Assembly: GCA_963826215.1 (NCBI GenBank)
Contig: CAWGWL010000037.1
Coordinates: 27,921-91,920 of the forward strand
Origin: an uncultured Chloroflexia bacterium
GTDB taxonomy: Bacteria > Chloroflexota > Anaerolineae > Anaerolineales > Villigracilaceae
Length of the DNA stretch: 64,000 nt
Direction: 5' to 3'
Program-made: the position numbers and the translations under genes
Notes under the pieces: generated by a model
Databases searched by the model: none
Told to the model about the DNA's origin: nothing
The model's input: the letters and a program-made list of their open reading frames with translations, nothing else
Shown: positions 18,146 through 28,426 of the stretch, in pieces
Layout of the letters: each line of letters begins with the position of its first letter
Numbering within the stretch: position 1 is the first letter of the stretch

Positions 18146-18820
18146 TCACATAACCGAGTGTGCCTGCAACGCTTCCCGGTCCACTATCCTGATGCTCCCT
18201 CGGGAGACCTCGAGCAAACCCTGGGCGGAAAAATCCTCCAGGATGCGGCTGATGACCTCCCTGGAACTGCCCAACTCGCCAGCAATCTGCTGGTGAGTGA
18301 TCCGGAGCAGGCCGGAGGCTGGGCTGCGTTCCAATAATAATAAAGCCAGCCGGGTGTCCATCCGGCGAAACGCCACCTCCTCGACAATCGCCATGACCGC
18401 AGAGAGTCTCCCGGAAAGCAGCTCGAAGACAAACTCGCGCCACAGGTCGTAGCGTCTGACCCAGTCACGGAAGGTGTCTGAGGGGATCATGACCGCCTCG
18501 GCTTCTTTTTCCACCGTGGCAACAGCGGGGAAACCTTTTTGACTTAGAATGGCATTGGCGGTGAGGATGCAGGATTCTCCATCCCCAAACCGGTACAAGG
18601 TGATCTCCCGCCCGGTCTCACCAATCTTATATACCCGAACAACACCCGAGATGAGCAGAGCGATCGAATCCACTGTGTCGCCCTCGATGAATACATCATG
18701 ACCGGCGGGTATGCGTGCGAAAAAGGCCGTATCCTGAAATTCACGCAGCAGGCGCGGGTCAGCGTGCTGCAAGACTGGCACGACCCTGGTGATCTTATGG
18801 AATTGTTCCTGACTGAGCAT
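18146..18820 (-). CDS. Crp/Fnr family transcriptional regulator
   Basis: cNMP-binding-like beta-barrel (DVFIEGDTVDSIALLISGVVRVYK) and C-terminal HTH (ITHQQIAGELGSSREVISRILEDF). Confidence 0.85.
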   Translation of the reverse strand: MLSQEQFHKITRVVPVLQHADPRLLREFQDTAFFARIPAGHDVFIEGDTVDSIALLISGVVRVYKIGETGREITLYRFGDGESCILTANAILSQKGFPAVATVEKEAEAVMIPSDTFRDWVRRYDLWREFVFELLSGRLSAVMAIVEEVAFRRMDTRLALLLLERSPASGLLRITHQQIAGELGSSREVISRILEDFSAQGLLEVSRGSIRIVDREALQAHSVM

Positions 18821-19088
18821 TTATTCCTTCCCTGAAATTGAAAGCGCATTAATCATACCTTGAGTAGTCCGGAGTTACAAGCAAAGCGAAAACATCAGAG
18901 TGGGTGAAAATCAGACTCTAAACGGAACCGAAAATAACACCCTCAACGCTGCTTATGCTCTTCCGCAAATTGGGAACACAAACCTGGTGAGAAGCGTCTT
19001 GTTATAATCAATGGAAGAGTGTCTGGAACCCAGGGGCAATCAGGGATGAAGGATCATTCCCTGGATCGAAATGAGGAGGAGGTGACCC

Positions 19089-19652
19089 ATGAAAACCAAT
19101 CGAAAAATCGCAACCGCCCTGGCAATATTTATTATCCTAGTATCATTCGGGGTAAGCGGCTGCGCATCAGAACAGGACTCCACGAACCCGCAAATCGCGG
19201 CGATCAATACCCTGCGCAACCAGTTAGAGTTGCCAAAACGACCGCTGGAATTTGTGGAAACAACCGTCTATTCAAACTCTCCCAGTGGAACTTTGCAGGT
19301 TGAAGTCTTTCAGGATAGCGATGGACGAAAGTATTTTGTTGACCCCATCACCAACCAGGTGGTGGAAATGGATGCGCGGGCACTACTGGATAAAATATCC
19401 CCGCTAACCTCCGTCAAGTCAGAAGAAGAACTGCGAGTCAAAGCTCAAAAACTATTTGCGGCGACCATACCGAATTTCGAATCCCTGAGCGCCAATTGGG
19501 TCTATGAAGAGGGGGGCAAAATCGATAACTATTTCTATAACTGGTACAGCGAAAAGGAGGCGGGTTCCAGCAACTCCGCCCGAGCACAAATCGCGCTACA
19601 CAGAACCGGGCTGATATTTGGATATGAAAATACCTTGATGCTGGACAAATAA
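19089..19652 (+). CDS. Hypothetical lipoprotein
   Basis: Lipobox LVSFGVSGC after a basic N-terminus. GGAGGAGG Shine-Dalgarno upstream. No recognisable domain. Confidence 0.6.
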   Translation: MKTNRKIATALAIFIILVSFGVSGCASEQDSTNPQIAAINTLRNQLELPKRPLEFVETTVYSNSPSGTLQVEVFQDSDGRKYFVDPITNQVVEMDARALLDKISPLTSVKSEEELRVKAQKLFAATIPNFESLSANWVYEEGGKIDNYFYNWYSEKEAGSSNSARAQIALHRTGLIFGYENTLMLDK

Positions 19653-19721
19653 CCCATCCCAGATAAACCAAGCGTCGAAATTTCTGATTCCAAAGCAAAT
19701 TTATCGCTAAGGCTTCATCAA

Positions 19722-20117
19722 ATGAGATCAACCACTAGTTTGTTTGTTATTTTTTGGGTCATCGTGCTTTCAGGTTGTTCCTCCAAAGTACAGGGAACTG
19801 GTTCACTTGCCGGTCATGTCGATATCGGTCCACTTTCACCAGTCGCCCGAGTTGGAGAACCCGAACCAACGCCCCCTCCTGAATTATACGCGGCATGGCA
19901 GATTGTTGTCCTGACAAAAAATGGGAATAATGAAATCGCTCGTGGGATCATCAATTCCTTGGGGGATTACCAGGTTCAGTTATCCGCAGGCTCATACATG
20001 GTAACCACCGAACCCAACACCGGTGGAGGTTTCGGTACACAGCAAATATATCCCGTGGAGATTTATATGGGAAAAGCAACACGTTTGGATATTGAGATTG
20101 ATACCGGCATCCGGTGA
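19722..20117 (+). CDS. Hypothetical lipoprotein (possible carboxypeptidase-regulatory-like beta-sandwich)
   Basis: Lipobox IVLSGCSS. GSLAGHV...GDYQVQLSAGSYMV pattern. Confidence 0.55.
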   Translation: MRSTTSLFVIFWVIVLSGCSSKVQGTGSLAGHVDIGPLSPVARVGEPEPTPPPELYAAWQIVVLTKNGNNEIARGIINSLGDYQVQLSAGSYMVTTEPNTGGGFGTQQIYPVEIYMGKATRLDIEIDTGIR

Positions 20118-20210
20118 GATCATCAATATTCCTCCCTGATTTGATCAATAATTAATCCAAGGGAGATGTCACCTCCAATATTCAGGGGAGAAGAATTACA
20201 AAAAAAGTGC

Positions 20211-21086
20211 TTAAGCCAATAAAATTTCATCCCCCATGCGGGCAATTTCGATTGCCAGTGTCGGGGTATGCTTTTTGAGGGTAGAAACCACCAAATTGGC
20301 ATGCTGCAAACCCCAAAAATCAGCCGCGCTGCGTCCCCATTCTTCGAGATGAGTCAAAATGATGCGGCTGGGTTTAAGTGCCAAGCAGAATCGGCAAAAA
20401 TGCTCCAATAATGGCGGAGGTGACAGCAACGCTGCGACTCTTCCCAGCCAAAGGTGGGCAAATAGAAAATCCACCTGACCAAAGTCTTGCAAGCGGGCAG
20501 GGTCGTATGTGCGGGTATCTCCCGGAAACAACAAGCGATTGGAGCCCGACTTAACCAAATATCCAATTGCAGGGACGCCGCGGCGTCCGTCGGGGTAGCC
20601 GGGCGCAGCTTCCCAATGAAGACCTTCGAAGGGGGTGATCTGCAATCCATTCAGATCCATGCGTTGGAGCGGTTTCGGAATTAGGATCTGATTTGAAGGT
20701 AGTCCGACCTCATCCTGAACGATAGAGACCATCGGCCCGGGAATTACCCAGTGGATGGGCAGGTGCCGCAATTGGCGTAATATACCAAAATCCAGGTGGT
20801 CTTTGTGACGGTGGGTCAGTAGAACAACCTCCAGATCTTTTAAATCACCGGCGACGTCCATCCAAGGGGCCTCGGGCAGACGGCTTTTCAACATCAGCGG
20901 ATCAATCGCCCAACGGACACCCTGAGTACGGAAAAGGTAATTGGCGGAATACATCATCCAGGCCCGGTCATCCGGGCCTGTTGATTTCCATCCATCTACC
21001 AGCTTTTTCCAGATGTCAGGGTAGCGAGCAACGATTTCATCCCGCTGCCGGTCGAGCAGGACCTGGTCATCAACCAGTGAGGTCAT
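20211..21086 (-). CDS. MBL-fold metallo-hydrolase
   Basis: LLTHRHKDHLD (HxHxDH) motif. Start taken at MTSLVDDQ (ATG 21086), giving a 17-nt overlap with the upstream kinase gene. Confidence 0.7.
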   Translation of the reverse strand: MTSLVDDQVLLDRQRDEIVARYPDIWKKLVDGWKSTGPDDRAWMMYSANYLFRTQGVRWAIDPLMLKSRLPEAPWMDVAGDLKDLEVVLLTHRHKDHLDFGILRQLRHLPIHWVIPGPMVSIVQDEVGLPSNQILIPKPLQRMDLNGLQITPFEGLHWEAAPGYPDGRRGVPAIGYLVKSGSNRLLFPGDTRTYDPARLQDFGQVDFLFAHLWLGRVAALLSPPPLLEHFCRFCLALKPSRIILTHLEEWGRSAADFWGLQHANLVVSTLKKHTPTLAIEIARMGDEILLA

Positions 21087-21972
21087 GGTTATATCTGGAT
21101 CGAATGAGGGCTTCCACATCATTTATTGGGCGGTCGAATGGCCCCAGTTTTTCCATTTTTATACTGGTAAGTGCAGCCGCCCAAATTCCTGCCTGGCGGG
21201 CAGGTTTCGACAGGCGCATGGCGACGTAAGCGCCAATACAAGTATCGCCACGCCCGCTGCGCCCGTCCAATTGCGACGGGTAGAAACCCAACTCGTAGTC
21301 CCTGCCATCAGCATGGATAAGCAAACCGTCCTTATGAGTGAGGACAATTTCTTTTGGCCCCATATCGGCATAATATTTAGCGGCTTTGAAAATGTCGGTT
21401 TCGCCAGTCAGATATTCGGCTTCGACAGCATCGCTTTTCAAGACATCCAAATAGGTCAGTGTGGTTTTCATCTCCTCCCAAGGAGTGTAAACCAAACTCT
21501 CACCCTGAAGGAAACGGACGAAGCCCTGCATATCTGCAGCCAGCAAGACCTTTTTATCGTTCAGCGCCCGGATCACATCCAGACCGACCTCACCGCGCAG
21601 GCTGGAGGAGATCACGGCTGCTTTCATCTCCAGGTTTTCCACTTCACCAACCGTGATGGCACCAGCAATGCTCTTGACTGATAAATTTCGAATATCGGGG
21701 TTGCTGGTGGGATATTCAAGGCACATCAGAGTGGATTGGGGAGTATAGGTCGGGAAGCAATCGATGCCATCCCGGGTGAACTTCTCAACCACACGGTCAT
21801 CTTCCTTTGCAAGGCGGGTGACCACAGCGACTTTAAGGCCGAGGCGCGCGGCAGCATGGGCGGCATAGTTCATCCCGCCGCCATCAACGTATTTCGTGCC
21901 AGCCGGTGTAATGATCGTATCCTTGGTGTAGTTACCAATGCAAACAACATCGTAGATTTGAGTGGAATTCAT
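21070..21972 (-). CDS. PfkB-family carbohydrate kinase
   Basis: N-terminal GG motif (VDGGGMNYAA) and C-terminal anion-hole motif DGRSGRGDTCIGAY. Confidence 0.8.
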   Translation of the reverse strand: MNSTQIYDVVCIGNYTKDTIITPAGTKYVDGGGMNYAAHAAARLGLKVAVVTRLAKEDDRVVEKFTRDGIDCFPTYTPQSTLMCLEYPTSNPDIRNLSVKSIAGAITVGEVENLEMKAAVISSSLRGEVGLDVIRALNDKKVLLAADMQGFVRFLQGESLVYTPWEEMKTTLTYLDVLKSDAVEAEYLTGETDIFKAAKYYADMGPKEIVLTHKDGLLIHADGRDYELGFYPSQLDGRSGRGDTCIGAYVAMRLSKPARQAGIWAAALTSIKMEKLGPFDRPINDVEALIRSRYNHDLTG

Positions 21973-21991
21973 AAATTCCTTTTATAAAAAA

Positions 21992-22979
21992 TCAGAGGAT
22001 AAGACGGGACAGGACCCAATAGAGTCCCGCTGCCAGAAGAGCCGTAGCGGGGATGGTCAATAACCAGGCGGTGGCAATCTCCCGGGCAACCCCCCAGCGG
22101 ACCTTTTTTACCCGTTCTGCGGCGCCCACGCCCATGATAGCCGAACTAACCACCTGGGTGGTACTCACCGGGCCGCCCACCAGGGAGGCAGTGAGGATGA
22201 CCGCCGCTGAGGCAAATTGTGCAGTAAAACCATCCACCGGACGGATTTTAAAGAACTTTCCACCCAAAGTCCGGATCAGTCTCCATCCCCCTACGGATGT
22301 GCCGATGGCTATCATCCCTGCGCAAATTATGATCACCCAAACCGGGACGGCAAACTCTGTTAAATAACCCACCGGTAACCAAAGCCAGAGTAATTATGCC
22401 CATGGTTTTCTGGGCATCGTTGGCACCGTGGCTGAGGGCGAGGGCTAGAGCGGTAAAAATCTGACCGCGTTTAAATAGCTTATTAACTCCCGGGCTGGCT
22501 TTCCAACAAAACATTATGACCAGACGGAGAACAAGGTAACCAACTGCGAACCCAATAAGAGGTGAGATGAACAGGGCAATCAATATTTTTTCAATTCCAG
22601 GCAGTTGAATAGCCTGCCAGCCCGCGTCGATGACCACCGCCCCGATAAATCCGCCAATCAGGGCATGCGAAGAACTGCTGGGGAAGCCCAGATACCAAGT
22701 TAGAAGATTCCACAAAATGGCACTGCTCAAAGCAGCAAGGAGAACCACTGTATTAATTGCCTGGGCAGCAACCACCTCATGGCCGATTGTATTGGCAACT
22801 GCAACTCCAAAGATAAACGGGCCGGAGAATTCAGCAATTGCAGTCATGGTTAGTGCGACGCGCGGAGAGAGTGCCCGAGATGAGATCATGGTGGCGACTA
22901 TATTGCTGGAATCATGAATCCCATTCAGAAAATCAAAAACCAGGGCTAAAACAATTACGGCAATAATGATTGGCGTCAT
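21992..22979 (-). pseudogene. PiT-family inorganic phosphate transporter, frame broken once as assembled
   Basis: NGIHDSSNIVAT and HGANDAQKTMGIITLAL signatures in ORF 22248..23015. The sense continues in ORF 21992..22372 (GYLTEFAVPVWVII...). Removing one G from the minus-strand GGG (plus CCC 22368-22370) restores LALVTGGYLTEF. Confidence 0.85.
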
Positions 22980-22995
22980 GCTCAGGACCCTTCGC

Positions 22996-23616
22996 CTAAG
23001 TGATCTTGACCACAATATCTGCGATCACGTTGGCAGCCTCATCCCCACGGTCAGAAGCGTTGCTCAAGTGCCGGTAGACCTCACGCAATTTCAGCATCCT
23101 GACCACATGAGAGATATCTTCCGCGCCGCTGAAGAGATCAGCCAAGGCTTCGCGGTAAACATCTTCAACCTTGTTTTCGAGAGCCTTGGCGCGCTGGGCG
23201 TGGTCACCTGCCACACCGGTGTGGTCTTCAAAGCGGTCGACTGCCATAAAAAGTTCATAAGCTGCATCCCGCAGAAGTGAAGTCATCCTTTGCATGTAGG
23301 AGGTAGGCTCCACTTTTAATACCTGCATTTCGATCAGCGTGCTATAAGCATAATCAAGCACGTCATCAATGGTGCGGGAAAGAGTAAAAATATCCTCCCG
23401 ATCAAATGGCGTGATAAAGGTCTTGTTCAACTCATAGATCAGGATGCGGCGGGCTTCATCGGCCTCTTTTTCTTTCGAAACCAGGGTGGCTGCAGCGACC
23501 GGGTCCTGGTTGGTCATATATGTTTTCAAAGCTTCCAACCCAGCTAGTGTGAGGGCAGCTTGTTCGTGAATCAATTTGATAAAAACGTTTTGGCGTCTCT
23601 TAAATAGTTTGAGCAT
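22996..23616 (-). CDS. DUF47/TIGR00153 (PhoU-like) protein paired with PiT
   Basis: ~206 aa all-helical, MLKLFKRRQNVF start with GGAGGAGG upstream. Typical genomic partner of PiT carriers. Confidence 0.7.
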   Translation of the reverse strand: MLKLFKRRQNVFIKLIHEQAALTLAGLEALKTYMTNQDPVAAATLVSKEKEADEARRILIYELNKTFITPFDREDIFTLSRTIDDVLDYAYSTLIEMQVLKVEPTSYMQRMTSLLRDAAYELFMAVDRFEDHTGVAGDHAQRAKALENKVEDVYREALADLFSGAEDISHVVRMLKLREVYRHLSNASDRGDEAANVIADIVVKIT

Positions 23617-23635
23617 GCTCGTCCTCCTCCAAATT

Positions 23636-25321
23636 TCAAACCAGTGTAACACAACCTGCTTCGACCAGATGTTTCATCCCATTCCTGATCTGAGCATAAG
23701 TGTTATGACTCATCACTTCAAGGGTGCGGAATGCTTCCCTGGGGAGGTACCCAGCAATCATGCTGAAATCCACGTCCCCCAGCCCGGGGGCATTATGATC
23801 GATAATCCCGACCACATCGTGCAGGTGAGTGCCAAAAATGCGGGATCCAAAGCGTATGAGCCACATTTCCTCAGGGAAAAAGCCAAGCCGAGCCATCACT
23901 GCGGCGTGACCGGTATCATAAATAAAACCGAGCCGATCTGGTTCAGCAAGTGCAAGCAGAGCAGACATTTCGTCCTGGGTGGGAATATCGAAATAATGAT
24001 AGCGGTTTTCCAGCCCCAGGCGAACGCCATGCTTGTCAGCATATTTCAATAATTCCTTCAAGCTCGTCTCGACAGCTTCCAGGGCCGGGCCGATAAGTTG
24101 GAGGCGTTTTTCGATCATATGACTTTTTGTATCTTCATACTCGGGAGAATCCGTGAGGCGGCTTTCAAAGAGACCACGTAATTTTTTTTCAAGTACCATG
24201 TCCAGCGATACATGGCCACAATGTACCACCACCATCTGGACGGCTAATTTCCCCGCCAACTCGATACTGCGTTTGATTGATGCAACTCCCTGCTGCCTGC
24301 ATTCCTCATCCGTGGAAGAAATCATCCAGTCGCGCCCCTTAAGGGTCTCCACGGAAATATCAGCCGGGCAAGGTTCATGAATCCCACTAATCACATATTT
24401 AGGCAGGTCAACGCTGCTTAACTTCGTGGAGTTGATCTGATGGTTTAATTCAATCTTTGAGAATCCCAACCTTTCAACAGCTAAACAGAAGTCGCTCAGA
24501 ATTGGGAAATTGTTTTTCGCCCACATGGTGGAGAGGGAGGCATTGTAAACCTGGCTATTTTCTTGCGGACGTTTCCCTTTTGCTCTCTTACGGACGGGAA
24601 AGAGTTCCAATAACTCTTTCAAGTTGTCGATCGTTTGATCCGGAATGGGATCACCGTTCTTTGGGAGACCCAGAGGGCTTTTAGGGCCATGCAGGATGAC
24701 AGTCCGGGAGAATCCCGCCTTCCGGGCAGCAGCCACATCGCGACGCGGTTGGTCGCCAATGTAGGCACAGCGTTCAGCAGGAACGCCCATTTGCACGGCT
24801 GCCATCAACAGGATGGAAGGGTCAGGTTTACGGATTCCGACAACGCACGACAAAATGACCGCCTCAAAACATCCGGCGATGCCCAGTTCTTTGAGCAGGT
24901 GCGGGACCTCAACGCTGCTGGTGGTGTTACTTACAAGCCCCATTCGATAGCCGCGACGGAAGAGGGTCAACACTGTCTCTTGTGTCTCGGGAAAGACAAT
25001 ATGCCTACCTGTCGCGTCCCGCCATAGATGATTTAATTGAAGCGCAAGCCGGGTTACCTGATCTGATGGACGGTCGGGCAGCATCCAGTGTGTCCATTGC
25101 TCGACCTCGTTCAGTTCAAGCAAGGTTTTCCCAGCCCAATCTCTATAGGCTTTGGCACGTTTCGACAACAATTGGATGAATTCTAAATCATCATCATTCC
25201 CCCCTAGGAGCGCGATCATTTCATGAATCTTCTCATGATTAACCTCGCGTTCAGGAATGGTGGTACTACGCAGAGTGCCGCCCATGTCAAATATGATGGC
25301 TTCTATGGAGTCTTTCATCAT
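23636..25321 (-). CDS. Fusion protein: N-terminal HAD-superfamily hydrolase + C-terminal xylose-isomerase-like TIM-barrel (sugar-phosphate isomerase/epimerase)
   Basis: Residues 1-~235: IIFDMGGTL, LVSNTT, RKPDP, IGDQPRRDV (HAD motifs I-IV). Residues ~270-561: a TIM-barrel pattern (...IELNHQ..., VVHCG, LGLENRYH, IYDTGHA, THLHD). Confidence 0.75.
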   Translation of the reverse strand: MMKDSIEAIIFDMGGTLRSTTIPEREVNHEKIHEMIALLGGNDDDLEFIQLLSKRAKAYRDWAGKTLLELNEVEQWTHWMLPDRPSDQVTRLALQLNHLWRDATGRHIVFPETQETVLTLFRRGYRMGLVSNTTSSVEVPHLLKELGIAGCFEAVILSCVVGIRKPDPSILLMAAVQMGVPAERCAYIGDQPRRDVAAARKAGFSRTVILHGPKSPLGLPKNGDPIPDQTIDNLKELLELFPVRKRAKGKRPQENSQVYNASLSTMWAKNNFPILSDFCLAVERLGFSKIELNHQINSTKLSSVDLPKYVISGIHEPCPADISVETLKGRDWMISSTDEECRQQGVASIKRSIELAGKLAVQMVVVHCGHVSLDMVLEKKLRGLFESRLTDSPEYEDTKSHMIEKRLQLIGPALEAVETSLKELLKYADKHGVRLGLENRYHYFDIPTQDEMSALLALAEPDRLGFIYDTGHAAVMARLGFFPEEMWLIRFGSRIFGTHLHDVVGIIDHNAPGLGDVDFSMIAGYLPREAFRTLEVMSHNTYAQIRNGMKHLVEAGCVTLV

Positions 25322-25325
25322 CCTT

Positions 25326-26786
25326 CTATCCCTGTTCCATTGAGCCTGACCTGGATAGAAGAGGTATTTTCAGCAAGTCGGAAAAATTTTTGATACAAAA
25401 ATCAGCAGTAACACCATCCTCGTAGTTAAAGGCAACGGTATTGATACCCACTGCTTTTGCCCCATCCAACTCGGATGATTTATGCCCGACAAATATTGCC
25501 TGATCGGCAGTTACGCCTAATTGGTGTAAAGCCACCTGGTAAATCTTCGGGTTTGGTTTGCGGATGCCCAGTTCACTGGATGAAATAACTGAATCCCACA
25601 CATCTCCGAAGCCGCCGCGTTCGAACCAATTCAACTTTACATGAACCGGCAGGGCAGTATCCGTTATGATACCCAACAAATATCCTTCAGCTTTCAAGGA
25701 ACAGAGTGTCTCGGGGACACCATCGAAAAATTTCACATCATTGGCATCCTCATCCAGAATTTCTTTACCGCGGGCAATATCATTCGGGCGGGTAATCCCA
25801 TGGAACCGGAGAATGGTTTTCTGGTAAAGATCATAGTCAATCAGCCCTTGATAGGCCTTATCACGCAGGGCAGTTTGCTTGTCAATTGGAAATTCTTTAT
25901 AGGCGAGCCCAATCTCATTAAGAAATTCCACAAATTTGCTGGAATCATGGTGCCGGTAGTAGAGGATATCCCCAGCGTCAAAAAGAAGAGCACGGATCTG
26001 GTTTTGAGAGTCTTTCGCTGCACTGAAAACTGTTGATGTGTTCATTTCAGTATGCAGGATTTCCAGAATTTCTGTCATATCGTTAATGACAGCATCCGGG
26101 GTGGCACCTTCATCCACTTCTCCATGGGCGTAATCGTGGCGTATCTGCACCGCCAGACGAAATCCAGCCCGTTTGGCTCCAAGGACATCGCGCATGATGC
26201 GGTCCCCGATATATACACATTGACTGGCAGGGACATTGGCCAACCGGGCCGCAAAGTGGAAGATGGCCGGGTCGGGTTTCCTGCGGCCATATTCGCTGGA
26301 TAAAACAATTGGATCAAAATAATGACGGATGCCGTAAAGTTCAAGGTTGGCGGGGACTTGTCCACGGCTATTGACATTGCTGATCAAACCGATCTTTAAC
26401 CCCATTTGATGAATGGCCTCCAGTACTGCAGGAACCTCCGGGCGCATAGCCCGCTGGAACCAGTGGGTTTCGATGAAAACCATCAAATCTTCAGCAATTG
26501 AGGCAAGTTTCACCCGGTCCAAAGGGCAGTCTGGAAAAATATATTCATTCAAAACTCTAGCGGGAGGCAATTCCTCCATGGTTTGCAGGCTCACCTGGTG
26601 GTACGCATCCAGACCGGTGGAAATGATCTCATATAATTGCCTGTCAGTTAAATCCAAGGAAATCCCGGCTTCTACAAGTCGCTGCCGAATACCTTCGGTC
26701 TCCTGGAGGCGTAATTCAGGAGTCCATCCATAGGTTTCGATCGTCCCCCCCATATCGAAGAAAACAGCCCGGATCGACATACCCAT
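25326..26786 (-). CDS. Tandem double-HAD-domain protein
   Basis: Domain 1: FFDMGGTI, ISNVN, RRKPDP, IGDRIMRDV. Domain 2: LFDAGDIL, IITDT, RKPNP, VGHKSSELDG. Confidence 0.8.
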   Translation of the reverse strand: MGMSIRAVFFDMGGTIETYGWTPELRLQETEGIRQRLVEAGISLDLTDRQLYEIISTGLDAYHQVSLQTMEELPPARVLNEYIFPDCPLDRVKLASIAEDLMVFIETHWFQRAMRPEVPAVLEAIHQMGLKIGLISNVNSRGQVPANLELYGIRHYFDPIVLSSEYGRRKPDPAIFHFAARLANVPASQCVYIGDRIMRDVLGAKRAGFRLAVQIRHDYAHGEVDEGATPDAVINDMTEILEILHTEMNTSTVFSAAKDSQNQIRALLFDAGDILYYRHHDSSKFVEFLNEIGLAYKEFPIDKQTALRDKAYQGLIDYDLYQKTILRFHGITRPNDIARGKEILDEDANDVKFFDGVPETLCSLKAEGYLLGIITDTALPVHVKLNWFERGGFGDVWDSVISSSELGIRKPNPKIYQVALHQLGVTADQAIFVGHKSSELDGAKAVGINTVAFNYEDGVTADFCIKNFSDLLKIPLLSRSGSMEQG

Positions 26787-26903
26787 TACTCCACGTTCAG
26801 GAAATACTCATCCAGCACGTTCTGGTCATAGTTTTCAACCAACCGTGTCAAATTTATAACCATCTCCGCCAAATAACTTGGCGAATACTCTAAATGATTG
26901 GGA

Positions 26904-26937
26904 CTTCCTGGGACACGAACACTTGTGTCCCAGGAAG
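26904..26937 (-). other. Perfect 13-bp stem-loop just downstream of the binding-protein gene (intercistronic RNA hairpin)
   Basis: CTTCCTGGGACAC (26904-26916) and GTGTCCCAGGAAG (26925-26937), 8-nt loop, no T-tract on either side. Confidence 0.5.
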
Positions 26938-26978
26938 GAGATAAAGTTCCTGCTGACTTGCTATTATCCTGCCATGAC

Positions 26979-28265
26979 CTACTTTTTGGGAGCTGTAAGC
27001 AGGCTGGCCGCCCAGAAGTCGCGCACGATACTGACGTTATTCCAGTCGAAAATGGGATCCATCTCCCAGACCTGTGGCAACAATTCAGCCAGAGGAATGT
27101 TGTTTTCATTGACGGGAAGACCTTCAGCCGCAGGCCAGGTGCCAATCTCGTTCCAGGGTTGCAAACCTGTTTCCGAGAGTATAAAGCGGATAAAGAGTTT
27201 GGCTGCATTGGGGTGCGGAGCTTTGTTGGCGATGCCCAGGAAGCTGGTCTTGAAGATGCCCATGACCGGGTCCAGGTTAAAACAGGGCGACATGTTCAGT
27301 TCGCCATCCATGGTGGCTTCGAGGGATGAGTAACCTGTCCAACCAAACCCAGGCTCCTCACCTGCGGGAAGCTCAAGCCCGGCAAAGGCCGCGTCCACCA
27401 TATCGCCGTCGTCGAGAACCACAACACCGTTATAGGCCAATTTCTTGAGCCACAGAGAGCCAGCATCTTCCGGCTTTATGCCACTGGCATCCGCCACAGC
27501 AAGTTCGTCAGTGGTCCAGTCCTTGCCGTAAAGTGTCTGATAAGCAACAGCCATCTCGTCGCCATTTTGAACAAATGTGGCTATCTTGGCCATCGTGCTG
27601 ACATCAGACATCGGATCTTCCATGAAGAATTTGGCATAATATTTGGGTTCAACGATCTGCCAGATATTGGTGACCGGACAGCCATTCGGGTAGAACTTGT
27701 TGTTGTACCCGATCACGTCGGTGGAGTGACGCGCAATGGCGAACGGAAAATCCGCAGTCAGTTCCGGGATACTCACATCCCGGGGGACGAACCACCACAT
27801 CCATTCATTGGGAACGAATTTCCCGAACAGGATGTGCCCATCGCTGTTGAACCAGACATCCCCGATGACGTTACCGCTTTCCTGTTCCGCCTGCATCTTG
27901 GTGTCGATGCCATCGGTGTCAGCAGCGTCAAATTCGATGTCCGGATACAGGGCGTACCATGAATCAGGCAAATCTTCAACTCCGCCTGAGTTGGCATACA
28001 CCGTAACCTTGCCTTCCAGTTTTGCAGCCGCCTCGATCGCCGCCCAGTCATCGGTGGCGGGCTGGTATGGACCAAGCCCGTTATCCTTCGCCCACTGCTC
28101 GTTGGCCGTGAGAGGTACTGCGGTATCAGCAGCGGGGGGGACCGGAGTGTCGCCCGGTTTGGTAGTGGGGGGTGGGGGAGCCACGGTCGTGGCCGGTGTG
28201 CCACCGCAGCTTACAACCATGCTGAATAAAACGATCAGAGTAATCAACTTTACGAACGTTTTCAT
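26979..28265 (-). CDS. ABC transporter periplasmic substrate-binding lipoprotein (Fbp/Afu/PotD-like family)
   Basis: MKTFVKLITLIVLFSMVVSCGG lipobox and a Pro/Thr-rich tether. GGAGG upstream of ATG 28265. ~428 aa. Confidence 0.8.
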   Translation of the reverse strand: MKTFVKLITLIVLFSMVVSCGGTPATTVAPPPPTTKPGDTPVPPAADTAVPLTANEQWAKDNGLGPYQPATDDWAAIEAAAKLEGKVTVYANSGGVEDLPDSWYALYPDIEFDAADTDGIDTKMQAEQESGNVIGDVWFNSDGHILFGKFVPNEWMWWFVPRDVSIPELTADFPFAIARHSTDVIGYNNKFYPNGCPVTNIWQIVEPKYYAKFFMEDPMSDVSTMAKIATFVQNGDEMAVAYQTLYGKDWTTDELAVADASGIKPEDAGSLWLKKLAYNGVVVLDDGDMVDAAFAGLELPAGEEPGFGWTGYSSLEATMDGELNMSPCFNLDPVMGIFKTSFLGIANKAPHPNAAKLFIRFILSETGLQPWNEIGTWPAAEGLPVNENNIPLAELLPQVWEMDPIFDWNNVSIVRDFWAASLLTAPKK

Positions 28266-28426
28266 TTCTTCCTCCTGACATAGCACGATATGATTAGGAA
28301 TTCAACACAGGGATTTTCTTCCTGGAAAAGCTTTCCTTTTTATATGCCTCCTTTCAAATGATCTTCTAAATCATTGAAGAGTTGGGATATCCGGTGACAC
28401 ACCCAAGCAAATTCTCTGAATATTTA

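Noticed and set aside
26786-26863. 25-codon mini-ORF (MVINLTRLVENYDQNVLDEYFLNVE) whose TAA overlaps the ATG of the double-HAD gene (TAATG), a possible coupling leader peptide
   Set aside because: The only SD-like GGAG abuts its ATG with no spacer, and there is no way to test conservation here. The 192-nt gap is better explained by the hairpin at 26904-26937.
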